A DNA stretch of 64,000 nucleotides, from assembly GCA_051294905.1 (NCBI GenBank), contig CM119372.1, positions 4,466,001-4,530,000 on the forward strand. The letters are read 5' to 3'. Below, one piece after another: positions 62,389 through 64,000 of the stretch. Under the pieces are notes generated by a model that saw only the letters and a list, made by a program, of their open reading frames with translations, did no database searches and was not told the DNA's origin. Each line of letters starts with the position of its first letter. The stretch's first letter is position 1. A program made the position numbers and the translations under genes. Origin of the DNA: Botryllus schlosseri (lineage: Eukaryota).

Positions 62389-64000
62389 TCAAGTGGCCAC
62401 CGCCTTTCCAGCAGTGCTTAATTTTGACTCGACTTTATTAAATCTGCAAAGAGTGGTACGAATTAGTACAATGATTGAGTACTGCAATTGCAGTTGCACT
62501 TACTTTTTGAGTTTGAATAGTTCTTTATTAGCTCCGTTAGATTGTCGCTGCAATCGCTGACTGTGATTGAGCGTGATGGGTTTAAGTTTTTTCGGCGGGA
62601 TAGCCTTTTTGCAGATGCTTTGTTGATATTCTGTCATGTTGAGATAACCTGCGGAATTGATATATTTATTGTGATCAAATTCTAGAAGTTTCCCAAAATT
62701 ACAAACACCTACCCTTGTCTCTTCGAACCTCGCTCAATTTTGTTTGAACTGGTCCTCGGCCTGATTGTTTATGGTGCCATTCGTTTCCGTACCCGCCACC
62801 AATCAACTTTGACATCGCGACAGGGTCAGATTTTGGCGCTCTGAACGATGGTAATTTGGTTGATTTTGGTTAAATAAGGTTCAGCTCGGTTTACACGCTC
62901 GCTAGTTATATAGTATATACCTGTGAAGTCGTGATCAATACTCACAGCACTGTCACAAAGCGCAATGAAATAGGTAAAGTCGAAAAAATATGAAACAATC
63001 TTTATGTGACGCCGGACTGGCATTATATCTTAGTGGTCGCATAAAAGGTACATATTCATACTGTTGTGGTGTCATAATGATCAGTATTTGAATACTAATA
63101 CTTTAAACAGAATAGAATCACCTCTGGGACTTGATTTTTTCCAGCCCGGGTGGTGAATATATTTACGCCGTCACGTCAAGTTTAGTTTATTAATAACTGC
63201 ATTACGGTACCTCAAAACACCGTAAGATTGAGATAAAAGAGTGAAAACAACTTGAAGTAGTCTTTCAACCAAACACCGGCCTTGGCCTAGAAGTAGAATG
63301 TGTATATATATATAAGAGACATGTACAATTGTACACTGAATTGGAAGTAATGGAAGATAACATGAACAAGAGGAAGAGCAATGAAATTAGAGTGTTATTT
63401 GGCATGTCAATATGAATCAATAGTAATAATAATCAATAATCGTCAGATTATATATTCATCGGATCAAGACACACACTATGTGCAATGCGATAAGACACAA
63501 TGTGGTCTCTGAAACTGGCCTTGACCTAGTGCCCGTTACCATAGTCCTTTTTCGATGATAATCTCTATTTCGCTAGGGTCACAATACCTCCTCTTTTAAG
63601 AGGATTTGTCCGTATTTTTAAAAGTGTCCTCGTAGGACGCCCAAATGTCCTCTTTTTTGACATTTTTGAAATTGTCCTCGGAGGACGCCCAAATATCCTC
63701 TTTTTGGAAATTTTGGTTAAAGGTACCGGTATGTTAAAATTCAACTGAGATATAGGAAATGAGTACTGAAGTAACGTTCCGGCGGGTCTTTCGGGAGTTG
63801 AGCCAGAATGTTGACCTTTCTTTTAGTCAACCAACAAGAGAATTCAATAAAAGTGTTTCTGGAGTCGAGTCAGAAAAATGCATCAATAAGTCAGCTATAC
63901 CAACTATTAGCAAGTCTGACAATCGTACGATTTGTACCATGCAGGAAGTTTCAGCATGTATATGTAACTGCGTTTACCTCTGTGATATTTCTGGAAGTTT
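62389..64000 (-). CDS. 3' end of a small basic protein gene, 5'-partial; weak resemblance to the CFAP77-type (DUF4483) ciliary protein C-terminus
   Basis: Phase-consistent GT-AG exons 62840-62713, 62648-62504, 62443-62389 (TGA) give APKSDPVAMSKLIGGGYGNEWHHKQSGRGPVQTKLSEVRRDKGYLNMTEYQQSICKKAIPPKKLKPITLNHSQRLQRQSNGANKELFKLKKFNKVESKLSTAGKAVAT*. A phase-compatible upstream exon end (KLPEISQR|gtaaac) lies at 64000-63978. The family assignment is tentative. Confidence 0.7.

Overview
Eukaryotic, intron-rich genomic DNA, most likely from an ascidian/tunicate (inferred from a single-domain betagamma-crystallin very like the Ciona protein). I could reconstruct six protein-coding genes exon by exon. On the + strand: the 3' part of a type I diacylglycerol kinase (745-11947), a 3-exon betagamma-crystallin (19092-19658) and a large secreted VWA/CCP/EGF mosaic protein (46360-62036). 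On the - strand: two tandem SGLT/SLC5A sodium-sugar cotransporter paralogues (21401-31876 and 33589-42199) and the 3' end of a small gene absent from the ORF track (62389-64000). Introns and intergenic DNA are full of non-autonomous hAT-type elements with 8-bp TSDs (often nested), tRNA-derived SINEs and tandem duplications. The most unusual signal is a dispersed ~150-bp repeat, often in fold-back pairs. Its consensus forms a minimal type I hammerhead ribozyme with an extra loop-II pseudoknot supported by a compensatory change, suggesting a Penelope-like or retrozyme-type family. Exon boundaries were read by eye from splice signals and reading frame and have no transcript confirmation.
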